Source of the DNA: Mariprofundaceae bacterium
GTDB lineage: Bacteria; Pseudomonadota; Zetaproteobacteria; Mariprofundales; Mariprofundaceae
Assembly: GCA_046756985.1 (NCBI GenBank)
Contig: JBHHXG010000001.1
Location: 1-50,577, forward strand
Length of the DNA stretch: 50,577 nucleotides
Direction: 5' to 3'
Under the pieces are notes generated by a model. It saw nothing but the letters and a program-made list of their open reading frames with translations. It ran no database searches and had not been told where the DNA came from. The position numbers were made by a program, and so were the translations under genes. This document shows, one piece after another, positions 1-10,242 of this stretch (the stretch's first letter is position 1; the number at the start of each line of letters is the position of its first letter).

Positions 1-53
1 ATCGTGCCAATGTTTACATGCGGCTTCGTGCGCTCAAACTTTTCCTTAGACAT
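1..53 (-). CDS. tuf: Elongation factor Tu, 5' end only (gene runs off the window)
   Basis: Reverse complement of 1-53 translates MSKEKFERTKPHVNIGT, the conserved EF-Tu N-terminus. AAGGAG Shine-Dalgarno at about 60-65. It lies immediately after fusA, as in the str operon. Confidence 0.9.
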   Translation of the reverse strand, partial: MSKEKFERTKPHVNIGT

Positions 54-78
54 GATTTACTCCTTACCCTTTAACTTC

Positions 79-2157
79 TTATCCCTTCACCTGCGCAATG
101 ATCTCCTGCGCAATGTTATTGGGAACCTCTTCATAATGTTCAAACTGCATCGTGTAGTTGGCGCGACCCTGGCTCATTGAGCGCAGATTGGTGGCATAAC
201 CAAACATCTCGGCCAGTGGCACCTCGGCATCTACGACCTTGGCATTACCGCGATCAGTCATGCCCTGCACCTTGCCGCGGCGGCGATTCAGATCGCCGAC
301 GATATCGCCCATGTAATCTTCGGGGGTGACGACCTCAACTTTCATCATCGGCTCGAGCAGTACTGGACTGGCCTGCTCCGCACCGGCGCGGAAGCCCATA
401 GAGCCCGCGATTTTGAAGGCCATTTCAGACGAATCGACATCATGGTAAGAGCCGTCGTACAACGTCACCTTGATATCCACCATCGGATAACCGGCCATAA
501 CGCCATTTTCCATGGCTTCTTCAGCACCTTTGCCGACTGCAGGAATATATTCACGCGGCACCGCGCCACCAACAATCTTGTCAACAAATTCAAAGCCGGC
601 ACCAGGCTCCTGCGGCTCAATCTCCAGCCAGACATGACCATACTGGCCACGACCGCCACTTTGCCTGACAAATTTGCCCTCGGCCTTAACCGACTTGCGG
701 ATCGTTTCGCGATAAGCCACCTGTGGCTTGCCAACATTGGCATCCACGCTGAACTCACGCTGCATGCGGTCAACGAGGATTTCCAGATGCAGCTCGCCCA
801 TGCCGGAAATAATGGTCTGCCCCGTCTCATCATCCGTATGGACGCGGAAAGACGGATCTTCAGCAGCAAGCTTGCCCAGCGCCACACCCATCTTCTCCTG
901 ATCGGCCTTAGTCTTCGGCTCAATGGCTACGGAGATCACCGGATCAGGGAATTCCATACGCTCCAGCACGATCGGATCAGAATCCACGCAAAGCGTATCG
1001 CCTGTTGTCGTAGCCTTCAGACCTACGGCGGCGGCAATATCGCCGGCACGCACTTCCTTGATTTCCTTACGGTCATTGGCATGCATTTGCAGGATTCGGC
1101 CAATCCGCTCTTTTTTGCCCTTGGTTGAATTAACCACATAAGAGCCTGCGTCCAGAATACCGGAGTAAACACGGAAAAATGTCAGCGTACCAACAAACGG
1201 GTCGGTCATGACCTTGAATGCTAGCGCAGAAAAAGGCTTAACATCGGAACTTGGGCGCTCATCCTCTGCTCCAGTCTCAGGATGCACGCCCTTGATTGCC
1301 GGAACGTCCACAGGCGCCGGCATAAAGTCCACAACGGCATCCAGCAGGGTTTGTACACCTTTATTCTTGAAGGCAGTACCACACAACACCGGAATTACAT
1401 CAATCTCCAGTACAGCCTTGCGAATGCATTCCTTCAGCGCATCTTCATCGATTTCATTGCCTTCAAGATAGGCTTCCATCAGGTCATCGTCATGAACTAG
1501 TACGGCATCCAGGAGTTTTTCACGGTATTCCTCGGCCTGGCCTGTAAGCTCATCCGGAATATCGACAACATCGTACATTGCGCCCATGGCTTCGTTTTTC
1601 CAGACCACGGCTTTCATGCGCACCAGGTCCACGACGCCCTGGAAATTCTCTTCAGCACCGATTGGCAGATTCAGCGGAACGGCATTATGGCCTAGGCGCT
1701 CGCTGATCTCATCAACAACACGGAAATATTCAGCGCCGGTGCGATCCATCTTATTCACAAAGGCAATACGGGGAACATGATACTTGTCGGCCTGACGCCA
1801 TACGGTCTCGGACTGTGGCTCAACGCCACCCACGGCGCAGAATACTCCGACAGCGCCATCTAGCACGCGCAGGGAACGTTCTACCTCAATAGTAAAGTCC
1901 ACGTGGCCAGGCGTATCAATGATGTTAATCTGATGATCATTCCACTGACAGGTTGTCGCTGCGGAGGTGATGGTGATGCCGCGCTCCTGCTCCTGCGCCA
2001 TCCAGTCCATCGTCGCAGCGCCATCGTGCACCTCGCCGATTTTATGCGTTACACCTGCATAAAACAGGACGCGCTCGGTAGTTGTCGTCTTGCCGGCATC
2101 AATATGTGCCATGATGCCAATGTTGCGAACACGCTCTAACGGTGTCTTACGGGCCAC
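79..2157 (-). CDS. fusA: Elongation factor G
   Basis: 692 aa. N-terminal GTPase motifs [14 protein letters not shown] and NKMD. Full-length EF-G architecture in str operon context. Confidence 0.97.
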   Translation of the reverse strand: MARKTPLERVRNIGIMAHIDAGKTTTTERVLFYAGVTHKIGEVHDGAATMDWMAQEQERGITITSAATTCQWNDHQINIIDTPGHVDFTIEVERSLRVLDGAVGVFCAVGGVEPQSETVWRQADKYHVPRIAFVNKMDRTGAEYFRVVDEISERLGHNAVPLNLPIGAEENFQGVVDLVRMKAVVWKNEAMGAMYDVVDIPDELTGQAEEYREKLLDAVLVHDDDLMEAYLEGNEIDEDALKECIRKAVLEIDVIPVLCGTAFKNKGVQTLLDAVVDFMPAPVDVPAIKGVHPETGAEDERPSSDVKPFSALAFKVMTDPFVGTLTFFRVYSGILDAGSYVVNSTKGKKERIGRILQMHANDRKEIKEVRAGDIAAAVGLKATTTGDTLCVDSDPIVLERMEFPDPVISVAIEPKTKADQEKMGVALGKLAAEDPSFRVHTDDETGQTIISGMGELHLEILVDRMQREFSVDANVGKPQVAYRETIRKSVKAEGKFVRQSGGRGQYGHVWLEIEPQEPGAGFEFVDKIVGGAVPREYIPAVGKGAEEAMENGVMAGYPMVDIKVTLYDGSYHDVDSSEMAFKIAGSMGFRAGAEQASPVLLEPMMKVEVVTPEDYMGDIVGDLNRRRGKVQGMTDRGNAKVVDAEVPLAEMFGYATNLRSMSQGRANYTMQFEHYEEVPNNIAQEIIAQVKG

Positions 2158-2214
2158 GATCCGCTACTCCTTCATCCAGTCAGTTAAAAGAACAAATAAA
2201 TAAAAACTAAACCA

Positions 2215-2685
2215 CTACCATCGGTAGTGTGAAAATGCCTTGTTAGCCTCAGCCATGCGATGCGTTTCATCGCGCTTCTTGAATGCTCCGCCACGCTCGG
2301 CGATTGCATCCGCGATTTCATTACCCAGACGCTCGGCCATCGTATGCTCCGAACGGTTACGGGCATATTCAACCAGCCAGCGTACCGCTAATGCAGCTTG
2401 GCGGCGCTCGGAAACCTCTATCGGCACCTGATACGTTGCACCGCCGACACGGCGAGACTTTACTTCCACAGCGGGCTTCACCGCTTCCAATGCCTTGTGC
2501 AGCGTTGACAGCGCCTCACTGCCTGCCTTTTTGGCAGCAATATCCATTGCCGTGTAAACAATACCTTCTGCAACAGACTTCTTTCCGTCCAACATTACCT
2601 TGTTCACAACATTGGACACCTGACGATCGCCATATTTGGCATCGGGCGTCACCGGACGGCGGCTGGGGGGACCTTTACGCGGCAT
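2215..2685 (-). CDS. rpsG: 30S ribosomal protein S7
   Basis: 156 aa starting MPRKGP and ending AFSHYRW, typical of S7. Lies between rpsL and fusA. Confidence 0.97.
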   Translation of the reverse strand: MPRKGPPSRRPVTPDAKYGDRQVSNVVNKVMLDGKKSVAEGIVYTAMDIAAKKAGSEALSTLHKALEAVKPAVEVKSRRVGGATYQVPIEVSERRQAALAVRWLVEYARNRSEHTMAERLGNEIADAIAERGGAFKKRDETHRMAEANKAFSHYRW

Positions 2686-2701
2686 CTGCTATCTCCTCAA
2701 C

Positions 2702-3073
2702 TTACTTCGGACGCTTGGCGCCATACTTCGAGCGGGCCTGTTTGCGACCTTCAACGCCCGTTGTATCAAGCACACCACGGAGAATATGGTAGCGCACGCC
2801 CGGCAAATCCTTCACGCGGCCGCCACGGATCAACACCACGGAATGTTCCTGCAACTTATGCCCCTCACCTGGAATATAGGCTGTCACTTCCATGCCATTG
2901 GTCAGGCGCACACGTGCCACCTTACGAAGTGCCGAGTTTGGCTTCTTCGGCGTCGTCGTATACACGCGCGTGCATACGCCGCGACGCTGCGGACAGGCCT
3001 GCAGGGCCGGAACCTTGTTGATTTTTCGCTTGTCCTTGCGACTGTTGCGAATCAACTGATTAATCGTTGGCAT
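2702..3073 (-). CDS. rpsL: 30S ribosomal protein S12
   Basis: 123 aa starting MPTINQLIR and containing [12 protein letters not shown], the canonical S12 sequence. Confidence 0.97.
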   Translation of the reverse strand: MPTINQLIRNSRKDKRKINKVPALQACPQRRGVCTRVYTTTPKKPNSALRKVARVRLTNGMEVTAYIPGEGHKLQEHSVVLIRGGRVKDLPGVRYHILRGVLDTTGVEGRKQARSKYGAKRPK

Positions 3074-3144
3074 CGTTACCTCATCTCCAAACTTTCACTT
3101 CACACGAATACACCCGGATGACGGGGTCCGGCGAAGGGTCGCGA

Positions 3145-3173
3145 ACCATAGTGTCGAGACCTGCCACTGTCAA
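3145..3173 (-). promoter_or_regulatory. Putative sigma70 promoter of the str operon
   Basis: The minus strand reads TTGACA (plus 3168-3173), a 17-nt spacer, then TATGGT (plus 3145-3150), followed by a GC-rich discriminator TCGCGACCC. It lies about 70 nt upstream of the rpsL ATG. Pattern match only. Confidence 0.4.
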
Positions 3174-3311
3174 CCGCCTTTCAGCCTGATTGTCTACATC
3201 CGGAGAACGATGGCATAGCAACGCTTTGCGCTACATGATGCAATACGGAACACACCATCGTTTCGGGGTTATGGCCGGCCGCCGAAAACAGAGGCCGGAT
3301 TGGATACCAGC

Positions 3312-4496
3312 TTACTCTGTGGGGGCGATGCGATGCAGGGAAATGTTACGGGTATCGCCCTTGGGCGGGCGTGCTCCAAGCCGCTGTTTTACCTGACTGA
3401 TTACCTTCTCAGCCGTGGCCCGATAGGTGGTCAGTTTGCCACCATATATGGTCACAAGTCTGGAGTCAGGTCCGCCATGCCAGTGAATCATCGTTTCGCG
3501 TGAACGGTAAAAAGCCGCACCTTCGGCCTTTGGCAATACGCGCAGGCCGGCGAAACTGTCAATCACAGTGCCGGCATATGATGGAAAATAGTGGTGCGTG
3601 GTTTCCAGTAAATAGTCGATCTCTTCCTGCAAAGGATGCACCTCTGCAGGATCACCGGTATACATCGTTTCCGTTGTGCCTATCAGTGTATGTCCATGCC
3701 ATGGTATGAACAGCACCGGTCGCCTGTCGCGCGGCGCCTCAACAAAAAATACACCCTGATGCATCGGCTGATCGACAATGATGTGCGTCCCCTGCACCAG
3801 ATCAACGGCCCGCTTGTCCACAGCCGGCGTGACCCGGTCAAGCACATCATTGGCCCAAGGCCCGCCCGCATTGATGAGTACCCGGCAATTCACCTGATAT
3901 TCTTCCTCATTGTGCAAATAGCTGACTTTATAAGCGGCATCTTCCCGACTGGCTGATATAAACCGAATCGGGCATTGCAGCTCCGTGCCCAGAGAAATAG
4001 CAGATTGCATGACAGCCCGGGTAAGCGCTGCATCATCGGTCTGGGCATCCTGATAGCGGAACACTTTCAGAAGGCCATCCGTATTGATGCCTCCAAGATT
4101 CTCCCACTGACTGCGGGGCACGGTTGTAAAGCGCACTTCCGGCGCCATGCCGGCAAAGATGGCGTAGATAGAAAGACCGATACGAATCTGCCAGGGGCTG
4201 CGTTTCGTCTGGTGGTAAACAGGTATATAGAAGTCAATACGATGCACCAGATCCGGCGCAAGTTTTAATAGTCGCTCCCGCTCATGCAGGGCTTCCCTGA
4301 CCAGGCTGAACTGGGCGGTTTCCAGATAGCGCAGGCCACCATGAATCAGCTTGCTTGATTTGCTCGATGTGCCGGCTGCCAGCGCAGTCTCTTCCAACAC
4401 AAGCACAGAGTAACCAGCCGCCGCGGCTGCCTGTGCAATACCACAACCGTGGATGCCACCGCCAATGATAACCACGTCATAATCCACGGTGGCCAC
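3312..4496 (-). CDS. FAD-dependent glycerol-3-phosphate dehydrogenase/oxidase family protein (short form)
   Basis: 394 aa. N-terminal dinucleotide fold DVVIIGGGIHGCG, and SSKSSKLIHGGLRYLE typical of the GlpD/GlpO family. The C-terminal extension of canonical GlpD appears absent. Confidence 0.8.
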   Translation of the reverse strand: MATVDYDVVIIGGGIHGCGIAQAAAAAGYSVLVLEETALAAGTSSKSSKLIHGGLRYLETAQFSLVREALHERERLLKLAPDLVHRIDFYIPVYHQTKRSPWQIRIGLSIYAIFAGMAPEVRFTTVPRSQWENLGGINTDGLLKVFRYQDAQTDDAALTRAVMQSAISLGTELQCPIRFISASREDAAYKVSYLHNEEEYQVNCRVLINAGGPWANDVLDRVTPAVDKRAVDLVQGTHIIVDQPMHQGVFFVEAPRDRRPVLFIPWHGHTLIGTTETMYTGDPAEVHPLQEEIDYLLETTHHYFPSYAGTVIDSFAGLRVLPKAEGAAFYRSRETMIHWHGGPDSRLVTIYGGKLTTYRATAEKVISQVKQRLGARPPKGDTRNISLHRIAPTE

Positions 4497-4499
4497 CCC

Positions 4500-5231
4500 T
4501 TACCCCTTTGCCGCCGCTTGCGCGGCCAGCATCTCGCCAATGGCAAAGGTTTCAACGAAATGGGCCCCCCGATGTCCAAGCTCCTGCGCCAGTGCCGGCC
4601 GGGTCACATCGTAGATGGCCAGTTTCATGCCGTTGATCTCCAGCGAACCGCTTTCAGGCAGCATGTCAATGTCACAGAACAGATATTGCGGTCGGACTTC
4701 TTTGACGATGCTCTGATTGCGCTCCTGCCAGTGTTTCAGAATAAACCCGGTTTGCCAGCCCTGTTGCCTGGCCTCGATCAGAATGTCTGGAGAAGATGAA
4801 ATAATGATACACTGACCTTCAATGGGCCGAAGCACGCGGGCCACCTGATCCAGAACGGCATGCAAGCCGAAATGGTCAATGCTGATTCTTTTCAGCTCGA
4901 CAAAGATATGCACCTGCGGATGGCGGCCCACGTATCCGGAAACCTCCTGTAAGGTGCTGATGGGTTCAGGATCATCGTCGTCGGCCTGATCCAGGAAGAC
5001 CTTAAGGCGCCTGAGCTGCTCGACAGTATGCTTGTGAATGTAGCCGCTCTGCCCGCACAGGCGCCCCATGCCACGGTCATGAAACAGCACAGGCACACGG
5101 TCAGCGCTTAACTGGATATCGATTTCTATATGGGATGCCCCGGCATCAATGGCAGCGGCTATGCTGGCAAGCGTGTTTTCGGGGAAACGCATCGGATATC
5201 CCCGGTGAGCAACAAGTGTTGGCCTGTCCAT
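4500..5231 (-). CDS. ugpQ: Glycerophosphodiester phosphodiesterase (cytoplasmic UgpQ-like)
   Basis: 243 aa. Contains AHRGYPMRFPENT and HIEIDIQLSADRVPVLFHD (GDPD domain catalytic His/Glu/Asp). No signal peptide. Its start lies 3 nt downstream of the stop of the G3P dehydrogenase-like gene. Confidence 0.8.
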   Translation of the reverse strand: MDRPTLVAHRGYPMRFPENTLASIAAAIDAGASHIEIDIQLSADRVPVLFHDRGMGRLCGQSGYIHKHTVEQLRRLKVFLDQADDDDPEPISTLQEVSGYVGRHPQVHIFVELKRISIDHFGLHAVLDQVARVLRPIEGQCIIISSSPDILIEARQQGWQTGFILKHWQERNQSIVKEVRPQYLFCDIDMLPESGSLEINGMKLAIYDVTRPALAQELGHRGAHFVETFAIGEMLAAQAAAKG

Positions 5232-5306
5232 ACTTCTAATCTAGCGCAAATCGCTCCCATTCGGGCGGAATTGACTGGCGATTTTTGATTTTCAGATACG
5301 AGTATC

Positions 5307-6701
5307 CTAACTCAGTGTCTGCACCATCTCCTCGCATGCCTTTTTGGCATCGGAAAAGAACATCATTGTTTTATCCATGAAGAACAGCTCATTTTGCAGG
5401 CCTGCATAGCCTGCCGCCATGGAACGTTTGATAAAGATCACGTGCTGTGCCTTGTCCACATCGAGTACCGGCATGCCGTAAATCGGACTGGAAGGATCGG
5501 TCTTTGCCGCCGGGTTTGTAACATCGTTGGCACCAATGACCAATGCCACATCGGCATCGGAAAATTCCGAGTTGATCTCATCCATCTCGTGCACAATGTC
5601 ATACGGCACATCTGCCTCGGCGAGCAACACATTCATATGTCCCGGCATGCGGCCGGCAACCGGGTGGATGGCAAAACGCACCTGTACACCTGCTTCGGAG
5701 AGCACATCCACAAGCTCCTTCAGGGCATGCTGTGCACGCGCTACAGCCAGACCATAACCGGGGACGATGATCACACTGCGCGAGTTTTTCAACAGAAAAC
5801 CGGCATCTTCGGCACTGCCTGCCTTGACCGGGCGATCTTCAGCGCCAGCCGTCGAAGCTGCTGCACTTTCACCACCAAAGCCGCCAAGCAGGACATTAAA
5901 CAGCGAACGGTTCATCGCTTTGCACATGATGTAGGACAGAATCGCACCGGATGAGCCGACCAGCGCACCTGCCACGATCAGCATGCTGTTGCCCAGTGTA
6001 AAGCCGATGCCCGCTGCCGCCCAGCCGGAATAGGAGTTCAACATGGATACGATCACCGGCATATCGGCACCGCCAATCGGCACAATCAACAATATGCCAA
6101 GCAGCAGCGCGATGGCGGTCATCATCAGAAAACTTGTCCAGTCCTGGTTGATGCAGAACATGATGCCGGCGCCAATCATCGCCAGACCAAGCGCCAGATT
6201 CAGCAAATGCTGGCCTTTGAACACCAGCGGAGCACCGGACAGAAGTCCCTGCAGTTTGCCGAAGGCAATCAGCGATGCAGTAAATGTGATGGCACCGATA
6301 AAGGTGCCGAGGAACAGTTCGATGCGGCTGGCCACGCCAAGTCCGCCGCCAGCCTGTGCAATGCCATACGCCGACGGCTCATACAGGGCTGATACAGCAA
6401 TCATGACTGCCGCCAGCCCGACCAGCGAATGCATGGCTGCAACCAGCTGCGGCATGTGCGTCATGGGAATCTTTCTGGCTACGGTAACACCTGCTATACC
6501 ACCAACGGCAACCAGCGCAAAAATCCAGGCGTAATTCTGCACCGTATCCAGTTGTAGCGTGACAACCACGGCAATCAGCATACCGGCCATGCCATAGATA
6601 TTGCCCCGGCGTGCGGTCTCCGGTGACGACAGGCCCTTGAGCGCCAGTATTAGCAATACCGAAGCGGCCAGATAGGCCAGCGCTACAAAATTTGCGCTCA
6701 T
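5307..6701 (-). CDS. pntB: NAD(P) transhydrogenase subunit beta
   Basis: 464 aa. Multi-TM N-terminal half plus a C-terminal NADP(H)-binding domain (IVPGYGLAVARAQH, GANDVTNPAA). Confidence 0.95.
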   Translation of the reverse strand: MSANFVALAYLAASVLLILALKGLSSPETARRGNIYGMAGMLIAVVVTLQLDTVQNYAWIFALVAVGGIAGVTVARKIPMTHMPQLVAAMHSLVGLAAVMIAVSALYEPSAYGIAQAGGGLGVASRIELFLGTFIGAITFTASLIAFGKLQGLLSGAPLVFKGQHLLNLALGLAMIGAGIMFCINQDWTSFLMMTAIALLLGILLIVPIGGADMPVIVSMLNSYSGWAAAGIGFTLGNSMLIVAGALVGSSGAILSYIMCKAMNRSLFNVLLGGFGGESAAASTAGAEDRPVKAGSAEDAGFLLKNSRSVIIVPGYGLAVARAQHALKELVDVLSEAGVQVRFAIHPVAGRMPGHMNVLLAEADVPYDIVHEMDEINSEFSDADVALVIGANDVTNPAAKTDPSSPIYGMPVLDVDKAQHVIFIKRSMAAGYAGLQNELFFMDKTMMFFSDAKKACEEMVQTLS

Positions 6702-6710
6702 CGTCTTCTC

Positions 6711-7052
6711 CTACTGCCGCTTTTTGTACATGCCCAGCATGCGCTGCGTAACCATGAAACCACCGAAGATATTGATCGACACCAGCCCCACAGCAATCAG
6801 GCCGAGCAATGTTCCCAGACCCATCTCCAGTGGGCCGGCTGCGAGAATGGCACCAACGATGATGATACTGGAAATCGCATTGGTCAGGCTCATCAAGGGC
6901 GTATGCAAGGCAGGAGTCACGTTCCAGACCACGTGATAGCCGATAAAAATCGCCAGCACGAAGACGGTAAATGCGATCACGAACGGATCGACCGTATCCT
7001 GTGTAGCTTGTGCCGCAAGCTCAGCTGCCTGAGCTGCTTCCGCATGATTCAT
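6711..7052 (-). CDS. pntAB: NAD(P) transhydrogenase subunit alpha part 2 (membrane part)
   Basis: 113 aa, three hydrophobic helices. ATGA overlap with the preceding pntAA stop. Split-alpha arrangement. Confidence 0.9.
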   Translation of the reverse strand: MNHAEAAQAAELAAQATQDTVDPFVIAFTVFVLAIFIGYHVVWNVTPALHTPLMSLTNAISSIIIVGAILAAGPLEMGLGTLLGLIAVGLVSINIFGGFMVTQRMLGMYKKRQ

Positions 7053-8185
7053 AGATCACCTCCTTTCCCTAACAATTGAGGCTTGAGAAATTCACCGTCC
7101 CGGCAGAGCAATGAACCTTCAACAATTTCGTCTTCAGTGTTGATGATCAGATCACCTGTCTCCTTATCCAGAAGCAGACTGATGAAATTGAATACATTGC
7201 GTGCAAACAGGCTGCTTGCATCCGTTGCCATCGTTGAAGGAATATTGCCAACACCAACAAGGGTCACGCCGTGCCTGACCACCACTTTATCCAACTCGGA
7301 TAAGGGACAGTTGCCACCCATCTCCACAGCCAGATCCACAATCACAGAACCCGGCTTCATCGCTTTGACCATGTCCTCGCTAATCAGTTCCGGCGCCGGC
7401 TTACCCGGAATCAACGCCGTTGTAATAATAATATCGGCAGCAGCAGCGCGCTGGGCAATCAGCTCAGCCTGCCTGCGCTTATAGTCTTCGCTCATTTCTT
7501 TTGCATAGCCGCCGGCATCTTCCGCATCTTCATCTGCTGGCACCTCAATAAACTTCGCCCCCAGACTCTCGACCTGCTCCTTGGCGGCAGCCCGCACATC
7601 GAAGACCTCAACCATGGCACCCAGCCTGCGTGCTGTCGCAATCGCCTGCAGACCAGCCACACCGGCGCCCATCACCAGCACCCTGGCTGGTTGTACTGTG
7701 CCGGCAGCCGTCATCAGCATCGGCATGAAACGGCTGTAATGCTCCAGCGCCAGCAATACGGCCTTGTAACCTGCGATGTTGGCCTGGGAAGAAAGTACAT
7801 CCATGCTTTGCGCACGGGAAATACGCGGAATCATCTCCAGCGAGAAACAGGTCAGGCCCCTCTTGCTGTATTCTTCCAGCAGAGGGTTGGTGAACGGCGA
7901 AAACAGCCCGACAACCGTGATGCCTTTCTTCAAATCGGATAATTCGGACTTTGACGGCGCACGGACCTTCAGCACAAGATCGGCACCTGCACAGGTTTTC
8001 GCAAAGCCATCGGCCAGTGTGGCGCCAGCTGCTTCATAGTCAGCGTCTGCAAACATACTGGCGATGCCAGCTCCCTGTTGGACAACAACATCACAGCCTG
8101 CAGCGGTAAGTTTTTTAACTGTTTCAGGAGTTGCGGCGACTCTGGCCTCATGCTCGTATGTCTCAGCAGAAACCGCGATGCGCAT
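7049..8185 (-). CDS. pntAA: NAD(P) transhydrogenase subunit alpha part 1
   Basis: Alanine-dehydrogenase/PNT fold with [22 protein letters not shown]. Start placed at the internal MRIAVSAE (track ORF extends to 8215) because AAGGGGGAA lies just upstream. Confidence 0.92.
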   Translation of the reverse strand: MRIAVSAETYEHEARVAATPETVKKLTAAGCDVVVQQGAGIASMFADADYEAAGATLADGFAKTCAGADLVLKVRAPSKSELSDLKKGITVVGLFSPFTNPLLEEYSKRGLTCFSLEMIPRISRAQSMDVLSSQANIAGYKAVLLALEHYSRFMPMLMTAAGTVQPARVLVMGAGVAGLQAIATARRLGAMVEVFDVRAAAKEQVESLGAKFIEVPADEDAEDAGGYAKEMSEDYKRRQAELIAQRAAAADIIITTALIPGKPAPELISEDMVKAMKPGSVIVDLAVEMGGNCPLSELDKVVVRHGVTLVGVGNIPSTMATDASSLFARNVFNFISLLLDKETGDLIINTEDEIVEGSLLCRDGEFLKPQLLGKGGDL

Positions 8186-8265
8186 CTCATTCCCCCTTGT
8201 CCGGCTGCAGCGCATGGCTCCAGCACTGCTTAAAGAGAGCGGCAGTGTAGTCCGGCTGGATGGTT

Positions 8266-8691
8266 TTACAAGCTCAGAGCGACTTTTATCAGCTCACCTT
8301 TACCATTTTCCGGCAGTACCATCTCAATCAGTTCTGTAGTCGGCACATAGGCATGTGGGTAACGGAAAAGGTCATCATCGCGCACAGCTTCGTCATACAT
8401 CAGAAGATCAAGGTCCAGCGTGCGTGGCTGCCACGAGCCTTGGGAACGATTCCGCCCATGCACGTCCTCCAATCCTTTCAACCATGCGCGCAATATACTC
8501 TCATCCGGAACATCGGTGATCAGACAGCAGGCATTCAGGAAATCATCAGCATCCATACCAACGGCTGCGGAACGGTACACCGAAGAAAACCTGGCCTCAG
8601 GAAAACGCTTTCTGATTGCAGCCGCCGCTGAAGACATATGTCGCTCCGGCTCAATATTCGATCCCATGCCGATCAGCGCGCTGTGTATCAT
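8266..8691 (-). CDS. folK: 2-amino-4-hydroxy-6-hydroxymethyldihydropteridine pyrophosphokinase
   Basis: HPPK motifs IGMGSN, YRSAAVG and PRTLDLDLL. Start set at Met30 of the track ORF, which makes an ATGA overlap with the folB stop. Confidence 0.88.
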   Translation of the reverse strand: MIHSALIGMGSNIEPERHMSSAAAAIRKRFPEARFSSVYRSAAVGMDADDFLNACCLITDVPDESILRAWLKGLEDVHGRNRSQGSWQPRTLDLDLLMYDEAVRDDDLFRYPHAYVPTTELIEMVLPENGKGELIKVALSL

Positions 8692-9056
8692 CCCTCCCGG
8701 CTGCCTCGTTCGATGACCACAGCCACGTTCTCGCTGCCGCGCACGGCACCTGGCTTGGACATCTTCAGCCGCAGCCACGGCACATGAAACTCTTCGAGCA
8801 CAATGCTGGCACAGGCCTCGGCCAGCGACTCAATCAGCCCAAAGCTGGAGCCTTCAACAAAGGCAATCAGCCGTTTGGAAACTGCCTTATAATCCAGCGT
8901 ATCGTCGATATCGTCGGAGCCGGCTGCCTTTTTAATGTCCCAGCGCATTTCAAGATCCAGGCGTACGGTCTGACGAATTTCCCGTTCCCAGTCGAAAATG
9001 CCAATCACCGTGCGCACTTCCAGACCTTCAATCAGAATCAGATCATTTACAGTCAT
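8688..9056 (-). CDS. folB: Dihydroneopterin aldolase
   Basis: 122 aa. GIFDWEREIRQTVRLDLEM and DDTLDYKAVSKRL are typical of FolB. Translationally coupled to folK. Confidence 0.88.
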   Translation of the reverse strand: MTVNDLILIEGLEVRTVIGIFDWEREIRQTVRLDLEMRWDIKKAAGSDDIDDTLDYKAVSKRLIAFVEGSSFGLIESLAEACASIVLEEFHVPWLRLKMSKPGAVRGSENVAVVIERGSREG

Positions 9057-9154
9057 CGCATGCCCCTTTTTTTATGTCGGAAAGCCCAAGCTTGACACAT
9101 TGATGCGTCTTCACACAATTCGCCCCTCCTGAAAAGCCTGAGGAGGAATGATTC

Positions 9155-9331
9155 ATGGGTACAGATGTCATCAAAGTAACTGAAGAAGTTGTTTCATGCT
9201 CAGACAATGGCCAGCACCCGCTGGTTTACATCAGCCTGAAGAACGGCGAAGGCAGCTGCCAGTATTGTGGTCAGGTCTTCGTTCGCGTTAAAAACGATGA
9301 CGATCGCACATCTCAGCAGGAAGCCGCCTAA
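9155..9331 (+). CDS. Small zinc-finger protein (zf-CHCC / NDUFS6 C-terminal-like), 58 aa
   Basis: Not in the ORF track because it is under 60 aa. Translation: MGTDVIKVTEEVVSCSDNGQHPLVYISLKNGEGSCQYCGQVFVRVKNDDDRTSQQEAA. It carries the C..H..CxxC pattern. AGGAGG sits 8 nt upstream of the ATG. The stop overlaps the rlmB stop convergently. Confidence 0.75.
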   Translation: MGTDVIKVTEEVVSCSDNGQHPLVYISLKNGEGSCQYCGQVFVRVKNDDDRTSQQEAA

Positions 9332-10065
9332 ATACGATCCTTTTTCTGGCGTACAGCCTCAAACAGCGCCACGCCAGTAGCCACCGAAACATTCAGCGAT
9401 TCCATCATACCCGGCATCGGGATATGCGTCAGTTGATCGCAGGTTTCACGCACAAGCCTGCGCAGACCTTTATCCTCAGCACCCATTACCAGCCCGGTCG
9501 CACCATGTAAATCGAGGTGATACAGCGACTGCTCAGCTTCTCCGGCCAGCCCAATCAGCCAGAAACCTTTATCCTGTATCTGCTTCATGCTTCGTACCAG
9601 ATTGGTCACCACCAGCACGGGCAGGCGTGAGAGCGCGCCACAGGCGCTCTTGGCCACAACGGGAGAATGAATGTCCGCTGTATTGTCCTTGGGGACGACC
9701 ACACCTGCGCAACCGGCTGCCCCGGCAGTGCGGATACAGGCGCCGAGATTGTGCGGGTCGGTCACCTGATCCAACAGCAGAATCAGCGGCGCAGACGACA
9801 TGTCCAGCGCAGCAAGCCAGTCCTCAAAGCGTAACTTCTGCTGCGCTCCCGCCCTGGCCACCACGCCCTGATGCGATGCGCCTTCACTGAGGCGGTCCAG
9901 CACTTCTTTGGGAGTGAATGTCACACGCACCTTTACCTTTTTTGCCAGATGGATCAGCTCATTGATGCGCGGATGTTTTTTGCCTTTTTCAATCAGCAAC
10001 TCATCAATTGCTTCGCCAGCCTCAAGGGCATGTTTTACGGCATGGATGCCTGCCAGTGTGCTCAT
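9328..10065 (-). CDS. rlmB: 23S rRNA (guanosine-2'-O)-methyltransferase, SpoU/TrmH class (RlmB-like)
   Basis: IHAVKHALE N-terminal L30e-like domain, HQGVVA, and a SPOUT C-terminal domain (LVMGAEDKGL, IPMPGMMESLNVSVA). Start at Met21 of the track ORF, preceded by GGAGGAG. Confidence 0.88.
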   Translation of the reverse strand: MSTLAGIHAVKHALEAGEAIDELLIEKGKKHPRINELIHLAKKVKVRVTFTPKEVLDRLSEGASHQGVVARAGAQQKLRFEDWLAALDMSSAPLILLLDQVTDPHNLGACIRTAGAAGCAGVVVPKDNTADIHSPVVAKSACGALSRLPVLVVTNLVRSMKQIQDKGFWLIGLAGEAEQSLYHLDLHGATGLVMGAEDKGLRRLVRETCDQLTHIPMPGMMESLNVSVATGVALFEAVRQKKDRI

Positions 10066-10242
10066 AAGACTCCTCCTCTCCGCTCCAACCGGAGACTTTG
10101 TTTCCCGTTTGCACTTTGGCGGCACGTATCCCCTTTTGCAACGCAGGACGACATTGATCTGATTGGTAGATGAATAAGGCCCGGGAGGGACAATGATGCA
10201 ACGATCAAGACCTGAGGCTTTTTCTTTTGCAAGTCTGTTAAG

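Noticed and set aside
442-1128. 228-aa plus-strand ORF, plus others, inside fusA
   Set aside because: They lie antisense to EF-G, which is unambiguous.
5232-5306. Possible hairpin AAATCGC...GCGATTT between pntB and the ugpQ-like gene as a terminator
   Set aside because: A 7-bp stem with a loop of about 23 nt and no clear U-tract on the minus-strand RNA is not convincing as an intrinsic terminator.
8692-8778. 29-codon N-terminal extension of folK overlapping folB
   Set aside because: The Arg-rich extension lies inside folB. Met30 gives the conserved HPPK N-terminus (IGMGSN) and an ATGA coupling to folB.
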